64,000 nucleotides of DNA from Octopus sinensis (taxonomy: Eukaryota). The position numbers and the translations under genes are program-made. Below, one piece after another: positions 37,651 through 49,790 of the stretch. Within the stretch, counting starts at the first letter, position 1. Every line of letters begins with the position of its first letter. Below the pieces are notes generated by a model. It saw nothing but the letters and a program-made list of their open reading frames with translations, did no database searches and was not told the DNA's origin. The stretch is taken from positions 6,510,001-6,574,000 of the forward strand of contig NC_043008.1 in NCBI RefSeq assembly GCF_006345805.1, read 5' to 3'.

Positions 37651-38428
37651 CATCTTTGTGCCAATAACAAAAGCTTACCAGACAGTAGAGTCTTTGACTA
37701 CAATGTTTAACTCTAATACTTACAGAGAGGAGACACATAGCCAGATTAAGGGACCGGGTTATGAAAGTAACAGAACAAGTTACATCACAACTAATTAGAA
37801 TGAAAACTAGCAGACGAGATGCAGTGCAGTTTAGTGTCAGGGCAGGATACAAACAATATCCTCTTCCGAGTGAAACAACTACACAAGTTTTTTGCTAAAG
37901 AGTAAACCACTGTTTTCTACAGTCAGTGGTTGCTAAGATGAATGTTAAGTGTGAGTCGTACAGTCTCATACAAGCCATTCTGTGTCATTAGCTAAGCAAG
38001 AACCATCAACGTGTTTAGAGAAGAATTTAATCTGCAAGTAGGTGTCTATTGGAATTCGGTTCTCAGTGCCTCATGTATATTATAGTTCGCCAGTACTAAC
38101 AGAAGAATTTAAGCTGTTTGTAGGACTCTGTATGTCAATGACTACAGCCTACTTTGTCAGAGAATGAGATGAGAAACTGCAAAAGGTGGCAGCAAGCCGT
38201 ACATCTAGAGGGTCTCAAAGAGAGCTAAACAATACTTATAAGTTTTATTGGACAAGCCAGAGGGCAAAAACTTGTTACCAGTTGAGAAATGGCCATATGC
38301 AGGAAAAAAGAAGATAGAAATTCAATATGGTGCATCTAACGTAAACTGTAGACGCTCTGAAGGTGTAATGTAGTTGTAGAAAGGTTGATAAATAAAGAAA
38401 GACTTGTAGCAGACTGAATTGCCAAGCA

Positions 38429-38553
38429 TGAGTCATGGATTAGCCATAACCACTTTGCATCATTGGCCAATTAACTGACCAATCAGCATTGAGCCACCAT
38501 GTGATGCAACCTTCTAGAACCTTCTAGAATCCATGTGAAGGGGTTTATAAATA
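38429..38553 (+). promoter_or_regulatory. Putative heat-shock-type Pol II promoter
   Basis: TGAGTCA (38429-35); palindrome ATTGGCCAAT (38462-71); GACCAATCAG (38477-86); HSE TTCtaGAAccTTCtaGAA (38512-29); TATAAATA (38546-53). No downstream ORF recognised. Confidence 0.5.
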
Positions 38554-38963
38554 GATAAATTTTTAGCGCCGGAACTTCAGAATGTTGAAGGCTGCCGCTA
38601 CGAAAACAACATTCTTGTTTTCATTTTCCTGTTTATGCAAGAGCTTGTTTATGTAAGAGATGCACTGGGGGTGGGGTAGTGGTGGTGGTGGTGGTGGTGG
38701 TAGGTGGGAATAAGCAGGAAGAAATTTTATGAAATAAATTCCTTCTAATATTCATAGGGTTCTCTAGAAGCTGTTGATACCTTTTGTTGTTCATGGAAAA
38801 TAACCCCTACTATAGGTGGGTGCCATGAAAGCAAAGTAACCAAAATACAAAGTGGGGTGGAGTGGGGTGGGGTGGAGGGGGCAGGGGGTTGTTATCTTTA
38901 CTGGCAACAAAGGGATTCAAAGACAGCATCTGATGTTGATTGTTTGATTGATGATTTTTTTCC

Positions 38964-39184
38964 CTTGTTTCAGTCACGTGACTGTAGCCATGCTGGAGCG
39001 CCCCCTTTAGTCGAGCAAATCAACCCCAGGATTTATTCTTTGTAAGCCTAGTACTTATTCTATCGGTCTCTTTTGCCGAACCGCTAAGTTACGGGGACGT
39101 AAACACACCAGCATCGATTGTCAAACAATGTTGGGGGAACAAACACAAACTCACAAATATATAGACACACATACACATATATAC

Positions 39185-39215
<31 letters not shown>

Positions 39216-39245
39216 CACACACACACATATATATATATACATATA

Positions 39246-39277
<32 letters not shown>

Positions 39278-39437
39278 CGACGGGCTTCTTTCAGTTTCCA
39301 TCTACCAAATCCACTCACAAGGCTTTGGTCAGCCCAAGGCTATAGTAGAAGACACTTGCCGAAGGTGCCACACAGTGGGACTGAACCCAGAACCATGTGG
39401 TTCGTAAGCAAGCTACTTACCACACAGCCACTCCTAC
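38964..39437 (-). mobile_element. Family B SINE, full length with expanded TA tract
   Basis: Co-linear with 22536-22908. Confidence 0.9.
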
Positions 39438-39444
39438 ACTGTGA

Positions 39445-39760
39445 ATAAAATATGATGACAGATGGCAGAAATAAACGTTGAATGTATGATTTATGATAGA
39501 GGGGCAGAATGAGGTGAATATGCTTTGTGGCAGGGTAGATGACCAACGTAGCTCAAAGAAGCTGAGATCAAAACTAGATATAACAAGAATCTGATGTAGA
39601 CGTGGGAGGATTACAGTTGGTTAAAAATTATATTCCAAGTTAACTAAATGGAAGAAGTTGACATGAGAAAATGGTGATGGCTGACCACAAGACATTAAAG
39701 GTCATAAAAGAAATGTCAAGGGATTGCAAGCGTTGGTCAGAAATTGTCTTGGAGAAGATA
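39445..39760 (+). mobile_element. Decayed RTE LINE 3' relic
   Basis: LRSKLDITRI matches the LREKL.IR segment of the RTE at 45890-46700; many stops. Confidence 0.4.
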
Positions 39761-40230
39761 GATTCATTTGAATATGTGAAAATGGACATTAAATTGAGAA
39801 TTGTGATGCTTGTTTTAACTTTACTGAAAATAATTAAATATAGAAAGAAAATATAAAATTTCAATAAACTTTAGATTTAATCAATTTAGTTATAGTAGAA
39901 AGTTATTTTATAATTAGTGCTCTTAATTAATGAACTATGTTTTAATTTGAGATTAATTGATTAAAAAATTTTGAGAAACTGTAATTGTTTTAGTTATTAT
40001 TCAATTCTACATAAGTCTTGAATATAGTTAAAGGTATTCTGGCCATGACCACCTCATCTGTTTTCTAGATACTCTGTACTCAGAACTTATTTATCCAATG
40101 GTCCTCTTTTTCACAAGAGTGCAGAGTATCTAAAAATCTGAGAGATATTTAACTGCTATTTCTAGCAGGTTGAGAGACCACATAGAATCTTGTTCATTGT
40201 CCTTAGAGTTTTCTACATAATCAGTTGTTT

Positions 40231-40762
40231 AAAAGAGACACCATTTGGCACCATTCAAGTGTGGTCGTTACCAGCGTCGCCTTACTGGCACTTGTGCCTG
40301 TGCTAGTAGGGTGCCAAGAGCACCTTCCGAGCATGATCATTGCCAGAGCGGCTAACTGGCTTCCATGCTGGTGACACATAAAAGGGCATCATTCGAGCGT
40401 GATTGTTGTCAGAGTGGCTAACTGGCTTCCATGTCAGTGGCTCGTAAAAGGGCACCATTCGAGCGTGATCATTACCAGCGTCGCCTTACTGGCACCTATG
40501 CACGTGGAATTGTGTAAAAAGATTTGAGCGAGGTTATTGCTAGTACCACCTGACTGACTCCCATGCCGGTGGCACATAAAAAGCACCCACTACATTCTTG
40601 GAGTGGTTGGCGTTAGGAAGGGCATACAGCTGTAGAAACTCTGCCAGATCAAGATTGGAGCCTGGTGTGGCTATCTGGTTCACCAGCCCTCAGTCAAAAT
40701 CGTCCAACCCATGCTAGCATGGAAAGTGGACGTTAAACGATGATGATGATGATGATGATGAT
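40231..40762 (+). mobile_element. Family E element with internal ~50-bp subrepeats
   Basis: Repeated GGCACCATTCGAGCGTGATC..ACCAG units, GGCGTTAGGAAGGGCAT, CCCATGCTAGCATGGAAAG, (GAT)8 tail. Confidence 0.85.
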
Positions 40763-41527
40763 TTGAACTAACAGACTTCGGTTCCCTCGACCACAACTGT
40801 AACCATTCCGCTCCAGTCAACTCAGACTTCCAAACAAGAATCACAACAAAATTCAGATATTTTTTCCGCCATAGTAATCAAATTTTTAAAACAGACATAA
40901 ATTTTGAACATGTGTAAAACATGCAGCAGTAACATTTCATTTCCAATCTCAACCATACTTCACTTAGAATAAATTATAATGGTGTAATAACTTGGGAAAA
41001 AAAAATTGCTTAAAATTCTTGCCTTAAGCAACATTATTTCAGTATTTTAACTTTGGAATAGAAATTTGGAATTAACAATGTTTTTTTTTTTATTCAAATT
41101 GGCCTATGTTCACCTTGGTTAATTTTTACTTTCTTACAATATAAATGGAATGCATTTTAAGATGAAAACTACATGCTAAACATGATCTGGATTAATATTC
41201 GCTTTTTTTTACCTTTCTGTAGATTGAATGACATTTATTATGTGTAGCAACAAAGACATGTGTATGTGCAAGAATATTTATATGGGAATTTCGGTTTATA
41301 TGGGAATATCTGTCTATTTGTTGATGCAAACAAGCAAGAATGTGAATCTATGCAAATGTCTAAGAGTTTGTGAAGCTGTGTGAATGGGTTATTTACATGT
41401 TGCCTACGCAAAGCAAAGAAAATCAAATATCAGGATGTCAATAATGATAAGAATGTTGAAATTTGAATACCCTAACAGCCCCATGTTTGTCCTAGCCATA
41501 TGAATAGCTCATCCTGCCTTTATTAAC

Positions 41528-41928
41528 TATTTCTTTACTACCCGCAAGGGGCTAAACACAGAGAGGACAAACAAGGACAGACAAACGGATTGAGTCGATT
41601 ACATCGACCCCAGTGCGTAACTGGTACTTAATTTATCGACACCGAAAGGATGAAAGGCAAAGTCAACCTCGGCGGAATTTGAAGTCAGAACGTAATGACA
41701 GATGAAATACCTATTTCTTTACTACCCACAAGGGGCTAAACACAGAGAGGAAAAATGGATTAAGTCGATTATATCGACCCCAGTTCGTAACTGGTACTTA
41801 TTTAATCGACCCCGAAAGGATGAAAGGCAAAGTTGACCTTGGCAGAATTTGAACTCAGAACGTAATGGCAGACGAAATACTGCTGAGCATTTCGCCCGGC
41901 ATGCTAACGTTTCTGCCAGTTTGCCACC
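41528..41928 (-). mobile_element. Family A SINE, head plus two body units
   Basis: Junction GAAATACC|TATTTCTTTAC at 41711/41712; period 184. Confidence 0.85.
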
Positions 41929-42439
41929 CCTAATGCCATAGCATCTTCATCTTTGTGACTATCTTAGTCTTCATTTCTTCCATCAATGGACGGCCAAGCT
42001 CAAAACAGTTATTTCTTTTTTTCAATTCACACGTGTCACCGTGAGGAACATTGATAATAATTTGATAAATTCACTCCTTGAGAAGATTACACGAGATGTT
42101 TTTTTTTTAAAGTTACCACAGCCAATACCATGCTGGAGCATTATTTTCATGAAAGAAAAAAATTGAAGGGAGAGCAGGGATAGAAACAACTAATATATCT
42201 CATGCATCAAAGATTTCCTGATTATTTTTCTTTTACAGACAAAAATTGCAACTGCCAAAAGAAAGGTTTGGAAGAATGAATGTTCCAAAGAAAGATGAAT
42301 GAAATGAATAGAAAATGATTTGACAAAATTAAGAAGTGAAATACATGAGTTTGGCAATTTCAGCATTCAGTGAAAGGCTCGTGAAATCATACATTTCAAG
42401 TGGATGTAATTTTCAAGATAAATCGAATAAGAATTGTTT

Positions 42440-42479
42440 TCAATGAAATATCATATATACATACGTAGATACATATACA

Positions 42480-42547
<68 letters not shown>

Positions 42548-42643
42548 TAGATAGATATATATGTATGTATATATAAATATAAATATATATATATGTATAT
42601 ATATAACTGTACAATTATATACATATATATTTGTACAGTTATA

Positions 42644-42707
<64 letters not shown>

Positions 42708-42780
42708 ATTGCACAGTTATATATATATAATTGCACAATTATATAAACTGTACAATTATATATATATATATTTGTACAGT

Positions 42781-42829
<49 letters not shown>

Positions 42830-42850
42830 ATATATATATAATTGCACAGT

Positions 42851-42882
<32 letters not shown>

Positions 42883-42885
42883 GTT
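42440..42885. repeat. Compound (TA)n/(GA)n tract with embedded TG(C/T)ACAG motifs
   Basis: Direct inspection. Confidence 0.9.
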
Positions 42886-43465
42886 AGATGAGCATGTAGG
42901 GTGAAGAATCTATGTGCATTTATTTGTAATTATGTGCAAATATTTATGTATGTATGTGTTTGTTTATGAATAAATTTGTATCTAGGAGCACGTGTTAGTA
43001 TATGTATGTGTATGTGTGTGTATATGTGTGTGTATGCAAGTCCATAAACATACACTTGTGTACGTATCCACAGATACGTGAGTACGGATGCATTGTACTA
43101 TGACATGTGATGCGCTTAACTTACGTAAGAAGGAAGTTGCGTCTGTGTTTTACTGGTAGAAGTAATCAATAGACCTTGCAGTGAAAAGCTACTCTGGTTC
43201 AGTACTTGACAACTACATAATAGCTGAAATAATTGATGGTATCATGTTAACCATTACAGCTAAAATAGCATTCTTTGAAAAGAGACTGCATTGAAGAAAT
43301 ATTGAGATTTGGTTTTTCCGTTCAAAAATTTTACTTTGGTTTTACTGTTTTACTTGTTTGCACTTGTGCACACATGCCCTCCCACCATACCACCACCACT
43401 CACACATGAATACACACGTCCACACTTACACACACATCAAGGTATGTATTCCAGTATTGCTATAT

Positions 43466-43472
43466 AATAATG

Positions 43473-43504
<32 letters not shown>

Positions 43505-43522
43505 TATAATAATAATAATAAT
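43466..43522. repeat. (AAT)n microsatellite
   Basis: Direct inspection. Confidence 0.95.
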
Positions 43523-43772
43523 AAAAGAAGCATTCAAATGCTTCACAGAGGCATACAGTCAAAAGAAGTATGTAAGACATCCATTATATACGCTTATGAA
43601 ATATTATTTTTATAAACACCCACACAAAACCATAATTTAAACCAGAAAATACTTAACACGTAATAGTAGACTTGAAGGAATCGGTAAGTACATACACCCC
43701 CCCACCCCGCCACCACCACCATCATCTCCACCTCCATCATCATTGGCATTTAAACATCCATTTTTCCATTGT

Positions 43773-43979
43773 TGTTGTTGTTGTTGTTAATCAACAAGAC
43801 GGGTAAGGGTGATTAGGTGATGGTCTAGGGCTTAGGGGCGGGAGATCCCAGACCTTGGAAAAAAAAAACTTTGGTCGTCTTGTTGTAGTCAAGGGCTCTT
43901 CGTTGACGCTCGACACCACTTGGAGGTGACTCTCGAAGTTGCTGTAAATGGAGATCTCCAGGTCCAAATTCTTGAACGG
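43773..43979 (-). mobile_element. 5'-truncated non-LTR retroposon insertion, family unassigned
   Basis: 14-bp TSD CATTTTTCCATTGT (43759-72 / 43980-93), (AAC)n tail on the minus strand, GC-rich body. Confidence 0.75.
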
Positions 43980-44061
43980 CATTTTTCCATTGTGGTATGT
44001 TAGGCAAAACTTATTGAGACAGATTCTCTGTGGTCAGATGCTTTTTTGGTCACTAACCCTT

Positions 44062-44382
44062 GCACTCCGTCGATTACGATGACAAGGGTCCCACTTGATA
44101 CGATCAATGGAACAGCTTGCTTGTGAAATTAAAGTGTAAGTGGCTGAGCACTCCACAGACACATGTACCCTTAAAGTAGTTCTCAGGGAGATTCAGCGTG
44201 TCACAGAGTATGACAAGACTGGCTCTTTGAAATACAGGTGCAATTCATTTTAGCCAGCTGAGTGGACTGGAGTGAAGTGAAATAAAGTGTCTTGCTCAAG
44301 CACACAATACGTCACCGGGAATTGAACTCACGACCTTACGATCATGAGCCGAATGCCCTAACCACTAAGCTACACACGCTCA
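44062..44382 (-). mobile_element. Family C/D SINE, full length
   Basis: 11-bp TSD CACTAACCCTT (44051-61 / 44383-93); box B GTGAGTTCAATTCCCGG on the minus strand. Confidence 0.9.
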
Positions 44383-45889
44383 CACTAACCCTTAATGTCT
44401 TACCTTTAAGCTATTTTCATTCTGATGGTTCTTGGAACTGATAGAACTGGAGAATGCAAACAATATCATCGTTTGTGATTAAGTGATTTTCATGAAGACA
44501 CACGGAAACAACATTCATTCACAGATACACATGTATACATACATAAACACACACACATACACACACACACCACACACACACACTAATTCTCATCACAAAT
44601 GGAGGTGAGTATCAGTGTTGCTATGTGGCATGTTTGAATAATTGTGAAGATCACTTACATGAAAACATTGGTTGCCTTGTTAAGCTACAAAATAAGCATA
44701 TGTATATATATATATATATATATATGCTTTATTTGGCGTTAGGTAGGGTATCCAACTGCAGAAATCATGCCAAAACAGATGTGGAGCCCAGGTAACTCTT
44801 AAGCTCTAATGTCTGCTTTGGTTTCTACGGTTGGATAGCTTTCCCAATGCTAACCACTTTACAGAGCATACTGAGTACTTTTTCCATAAAACCAGCAGTA
44901 GTGAAGTTGCCATGTAATTCACAAGACAAAGAAACATAGTTCCTCAACTGAGTGTGATTGTAGCAGAGAGTTAATGGCTTTATGCCAAGTATTGAGAGTT
45001 TAAATATGATGAAGGAGCAGGTATAGATGTGTTGCTGTAAAAGAGGTACATGCCCACCACTACATTATATAAGGGTGAGTGGCAGCAGTTGGAATGAAGA
45101 CCATGGTGGTTGTGAAGAGGTGTGAGAGCATATCAGAGAGAATAATGACAGAGTTGTGGAAAGGTTAGGTGGACAGGTTCATAAGAGTGTAAGAGGAGAG
45201 TGACAGATGACCAGAGATGGGACTGGAGGTGAATGTAGTGGATGGAGCAAGAACCTTGGTGTAGTTGATGATGAATATCTGTATTGGAGTGTTGAATAAC
45301 TAGGAGTGGCTCAGGAAGGAAGAGGTGATGCGTGACAGTACAGAAAGGGTGGAGAACAGCAGAAAATAGAGAGATGATGTGTGCAGTGTGAAAGTGGGGA
45401 GGCAAGAGAAACAGATGTATAGCGATATCTATGGATTTAGAGGTATGTGAGGGTTTCTACTGTGAGTGGAGGACAAAGGTGGTGGGTGTGAGGCCAACAG
45501 CAGCAGATATGAGAGTGGTGAGAATGACAGCAAATGCTAAATATATGGTATGGCAGTCCTAAGATGCAGCTCAGAGATACATAATGGTGCAGAAAGGGAT
45601 GAGTGGGGGAAAATAAAGTAGGGGAGTATGATACACAAAAATGGCAAATAGATTCTAAGTAGACGTGATTACAATGCGAGATGGATGTGACTGGTAGAAC
45701 AAAAAGGGATAAGACGTGTGCAATATTCTGCTCTTATATGATTATAGCAGCTGAACAGTGTTGCAATTGGAAGAACGGCAGGCTGGGTGTTAGAAAGATG
45801 GAAATTAGGGAAGGCTTGGTTGGACAGATTGAATGTAGAAGCAGGGCCCAGGGAGAGTGTAGACATAAATGCAAAGCTATTAGAACCTC

Positions 45890-46700
45890 CCTTTCACTGA
45901 GACAGACAGGCCTTCTTTAGCACAGCAAATCACCAGTCGTCTTGCTTCTTTGTGATCTCCTTCATGAATTACAACATCTTCAGTTGAAATTTTATCTCAT
46001 GTCTTCCTGGGTATGTGTCTCCTTCTTTCACGATTTCCATCAATATATCATAACCAGCATATTCTTATACATACGTTCTCATTTATATGCATTGCATGAC
46101 CATACCAGGGCATCTTTTTTCTTGCATACAGTATTTCATTCGTCTTATGCTCAATTTTTCTCTTAATGCATTGAGAGAAAAATTGAGCATAAGATGAATC
46201 AACATTCAACAGAGAGTACTAGTCTTGTCCCTTTCTCATTTTTACAAGTCCTCTGCATCCATAGCCCTCATCATACTACCATGTAGAACTGCTGTTTGTA
46301 CACAAGCATCATACATTATGCCTTTCATTCTTAGAGAGAATCCCTTTCTTACCAACAGAAGTAATGGCTCTCTGAACTTTCTCCCCACCGTTCTTGTTCT
46401 AGCAACTATCCTTTCAGAACATCCTCCTCCACTGTTAATTAGGTTTCCAATGTAACAAACACTAACCACTACCTCATGGGCATTGAAGAAAAATCACTTC
46501 TTGCGATTTCTTGGTGTTCTTTGGGCTCCTGCACATCTGCCACATACACTCTATTTTCTATGGTAACCTTCTGGTGTAGCCTTGGCTTGCATTGAGTACC
46601 CTGTATGGAATTTCAACTAACATCTTTCCGATATACTGAGCAGGGCCATTTTCCTGATGGAAGTAGTGTCCTCTCTGCTTACAAGAACTTCTATACATTT
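45890..46700 (-). mobile_element. Decayed RTE LINE ORF2 3' portion
   Basis: Minus strand: GKWPCSV..., SGGGCSERIVARTR...KFRE.LLLLVRKGFSLRMKGIMYDACV, ALREKLSIRRM...WYGH. Frameshifts and stops throughout; 44800-45890 may be its 3' UTR. Confidence 0.75.
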
Positions 46701-47255
46701 CTTCCTAATTCAAATAAAGATTCTTCTCTAAGAACAAAGCCATCAGTCTGTAACAGCTCTTTTGGTGAGGTGGAACTGCAATGAATGATATATCTAATGG
46801 CCTTCTTAAACTTCCCTGCTAATCAAAAATCCTTTTTTATCTTTTCTTCATCTGCATCTTAGATTATGTTTTATAAATTCCAGTCCCAAACCAGAAAACC
46901 ATATGGTCTGACTGGTACTATTAATAAAAGAAATTAATAGCATTGATGTCATTTTTACTGCTTATATATATTTATTTCTTGGGTGTTTTGTCAAAATATT
47001 TATTCCCACACAGACATTTACTCTCATCTATACACAAATATTTATTGGATTCAGAAACATCCAAATCCTGGCTTCTTTCTTCCCCGTAAGATATTTTAAA
47101 TCATCTGTCCAATAACGAGTCTGTTCTGTCTCATTCTATTGTAAATATTTTGTATTTTTCCAGTCCAGAGGACATTTTAATGTTTGGCTGAGTTGATTCT
47201 CAATACAAAGGAATAAAACAACACAAATAAAACAACAAAAAACCTCATTGATAAA

Positions 47256-47510
47256 GTGGCAATGTGTGGCTTACTGGTTAGTGTGTTGGACTCATGATTG
47301 TAAGATTGTGGTTTCAATTCCTGCACTGGGTGATGTGTTGTGTTCTTGAGCAAGACACTTCATTTCTTGTTACTCCAGTACACTCAGCTGGCAAAATTGA
47401 GTAATCTTGTGAAGGACTGGCGTCCTATCCAGGGGTGGGGGTAATTTATACACCATGGAAATTGGGAAACTGGCTCTTTGAGTCTATATAACTCAGGAAG
47501 GGTCTTTATC
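47256..47510 (+). mobile_element. Family D SINE with V-domain-like body
   Basis: GTGGTTTCAATTCC box B; GGACTGGCGTCCTATCCAGGGG resembles the V-SINE core. Confidence 0.7.
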
Positions 47511-48099
47511 CTTTTTTTTTTTTGTAATTAAAAAAAGAAACCATCATCACAATTATTATTAAATGACAGAAACTGCTACTGTCACTACAACCACCACCAC
47601 CACCACCACCACCACCACCACAAACACTTTTACTACTCCTCCTCCTACCCTGATTAAAACTCCAACTTTCCAAAGACTACAATAAAATATTTGGCATTTC
47701 AACAAAATGCACCGACAATTATTCTAAGTATGTAAGTGCAAGTTTTTAAGTAATATTTTCCTTTTCACTGACTCTCAATACCATTCAATGGCTTTTCACA
47801 ACAGTGCAATATTTATTTTTTGTTTGTTTGTTTGTTTGTTTGTTTTGTCCAAGACAACTATGTCAGGTGTTTTGTGCTTGCATTTGATGGAAAAATGTTC
47901 ATCATGATTTTTTTTCTTTTTATCACACAAACATATTGAAAGCTATGCTTCCAACAGGGTTATTATTGTGGAGTTTTTTACATTAACATCATATGAAGGT
48001 AAACTCTTTGATGATATTTCAGGGAATGAACAGATTTTGTGCGCTTTTTTTTCCTTTACAAATTTAATGCGCATATAGGTGTTTGGAGATTGTATGTGT

Positions 48100-48146
48100 G
48101 AGATATATATATATATATATGTGTGTGTGTGTATATATATATGTAT

Positions 48147-48179
<33 letters not shown>

Positions 48180-48500
48180 ATATATGTATGTATGTATATA
48201 TATATACTTTATATATATACACACACACACATATATATGCTTACACACACTATAATATATATATATATTATATATATAATATAAATATATATAATATATT
48301 ATATATATATAATATATTATATATATAATATATATATATATAATATATATATATAATATATATATATATTAATATATATATATATAATGTATATATATTC
48401 ATGCATTATATATATACACATATATATATGCTTAAGTATACATACAGATATATATGTATATACACACACACACATCCATATACTTATATCTATGTGTGTG
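48100..48500. repeat. Compound (TA)n/(CA)n tract
   Basis: Direct inspection. Confidence 0.95.
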
Positions 48501-48819
48501 AGTGTCAATCTATCTGCCTATGCATACAAACATACTTTTGCAAATACACACACACATACACACACACGCACACACAAAGGCGGTGCCCCAGCATGGCCAC
48601 AGTCAAATTACTGAAACAAATAAAAGAACACAGGCACACACACACACACACACACACACTGACACACACAGTGTACAGTCATAATACTGTTGAGAATTCA
48701 TTTAAGAACAAATACTAAACAGATTTTCAAACGAACTGTGGCTGCTAACACAAATGACAAAACTGTGTGATTGGGTTTCTCACTTCCCATTCTTTGAAAC
48801 GGTATTTATGTCTAAACAC

Positions 48820-48854
<35 letters not shown>

Positions 48855-49210
48855 CATACGCACACACACACACACATTTGTATAGAGTATTTAAAAATGT
48901 ATGGATGTTTAGATAATTGGAATCTTCAGCAAACATCAGACGCTTCCCTTTCTCTCTCTCTCCGTGCGCACAGATATATATTGTGTGTGTGTGTGTGTGG
49001 TTAAATACATAGAAACGTTTATCGTGTGGGCTAATTGTCCCATAATCATTCCAAATAACTGCAACAATTATAGTGTTAAATTAAGATGAATACTTATAGC
49101 TCCTTGCATCGTCTGAAATCTAGGTTTCGTGTCTGCTAGGAATGGTCATATTTGTTCAAATCATTCTTCGTCTTGATTATATTAACCCATTAGCAGATTC
49201 CTATGTCAAA

Positions 49211-49362
49211 TGTATCATCCTCATCATCATCATCATTATTGTCATCATCATCATTATTGTCATCATCATCATTATTGTCATCATCATCATCGTCATCCTC
49301 ATCATCATCATCATCATCATCATCATTATCATCATCATCATTATCGTCATCATCATTATTGC

Positions 49363-49396
<34 letters not shown>

Positions 49397-49627
49397 GTCA
49401 TCATTATCATCATCATCATTATCATCATCATCATTATCGTCATCATCATTATTGCCATCATCATTATTATCATCATCATTATCATTATCGTCATCATTAT
49501 CATCATCATCATTATCATCATCAGCATCATTATTGTCATCATTATCATCATTATCATCATCAGCATCATTATTATCATCATCCTCGTCATCGTCATCGTC
49601 ATCATCATTATCATCCTCCTCATCATT
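49211..49627. repeat. ~420-bp imperfect (CAT)n tract
   Basis: Direct inspection; source of the poly-H/D/M/I/S ORFs; contiguous with a family E 3' end. Confidence 0.95.
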
Positions 49628-49790
49628 TAGCATCTGTTGTCTATGCTGGCATGGATTGAACGATCTGAGAGTTGCATCAGGCTGCAGTCTCCTTTGGCAT
49701 GGCTTCTACGGCTGGATGCTCCCCCTAATGCCACCACATTACAGAGTGTGCTCTTCTGCTGCCTCTTCATAATCTGCCATGCTGCAATGT
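49628..49790 (-). mobile_element. Family E 3' module
   Basis: TTAGCATCTG..CTATGCTGGCATGGATTG...TTCTACGGCTGGATGC. Confidence 0.7.

Noticed and set aside
49142-49772. Long poly-His/Asp/Met/Ile/Ser ORFs
   Set aside because: All are reading frames of one (CAT)n tract; open in most frames on both strands, with no splice or codon evidence.
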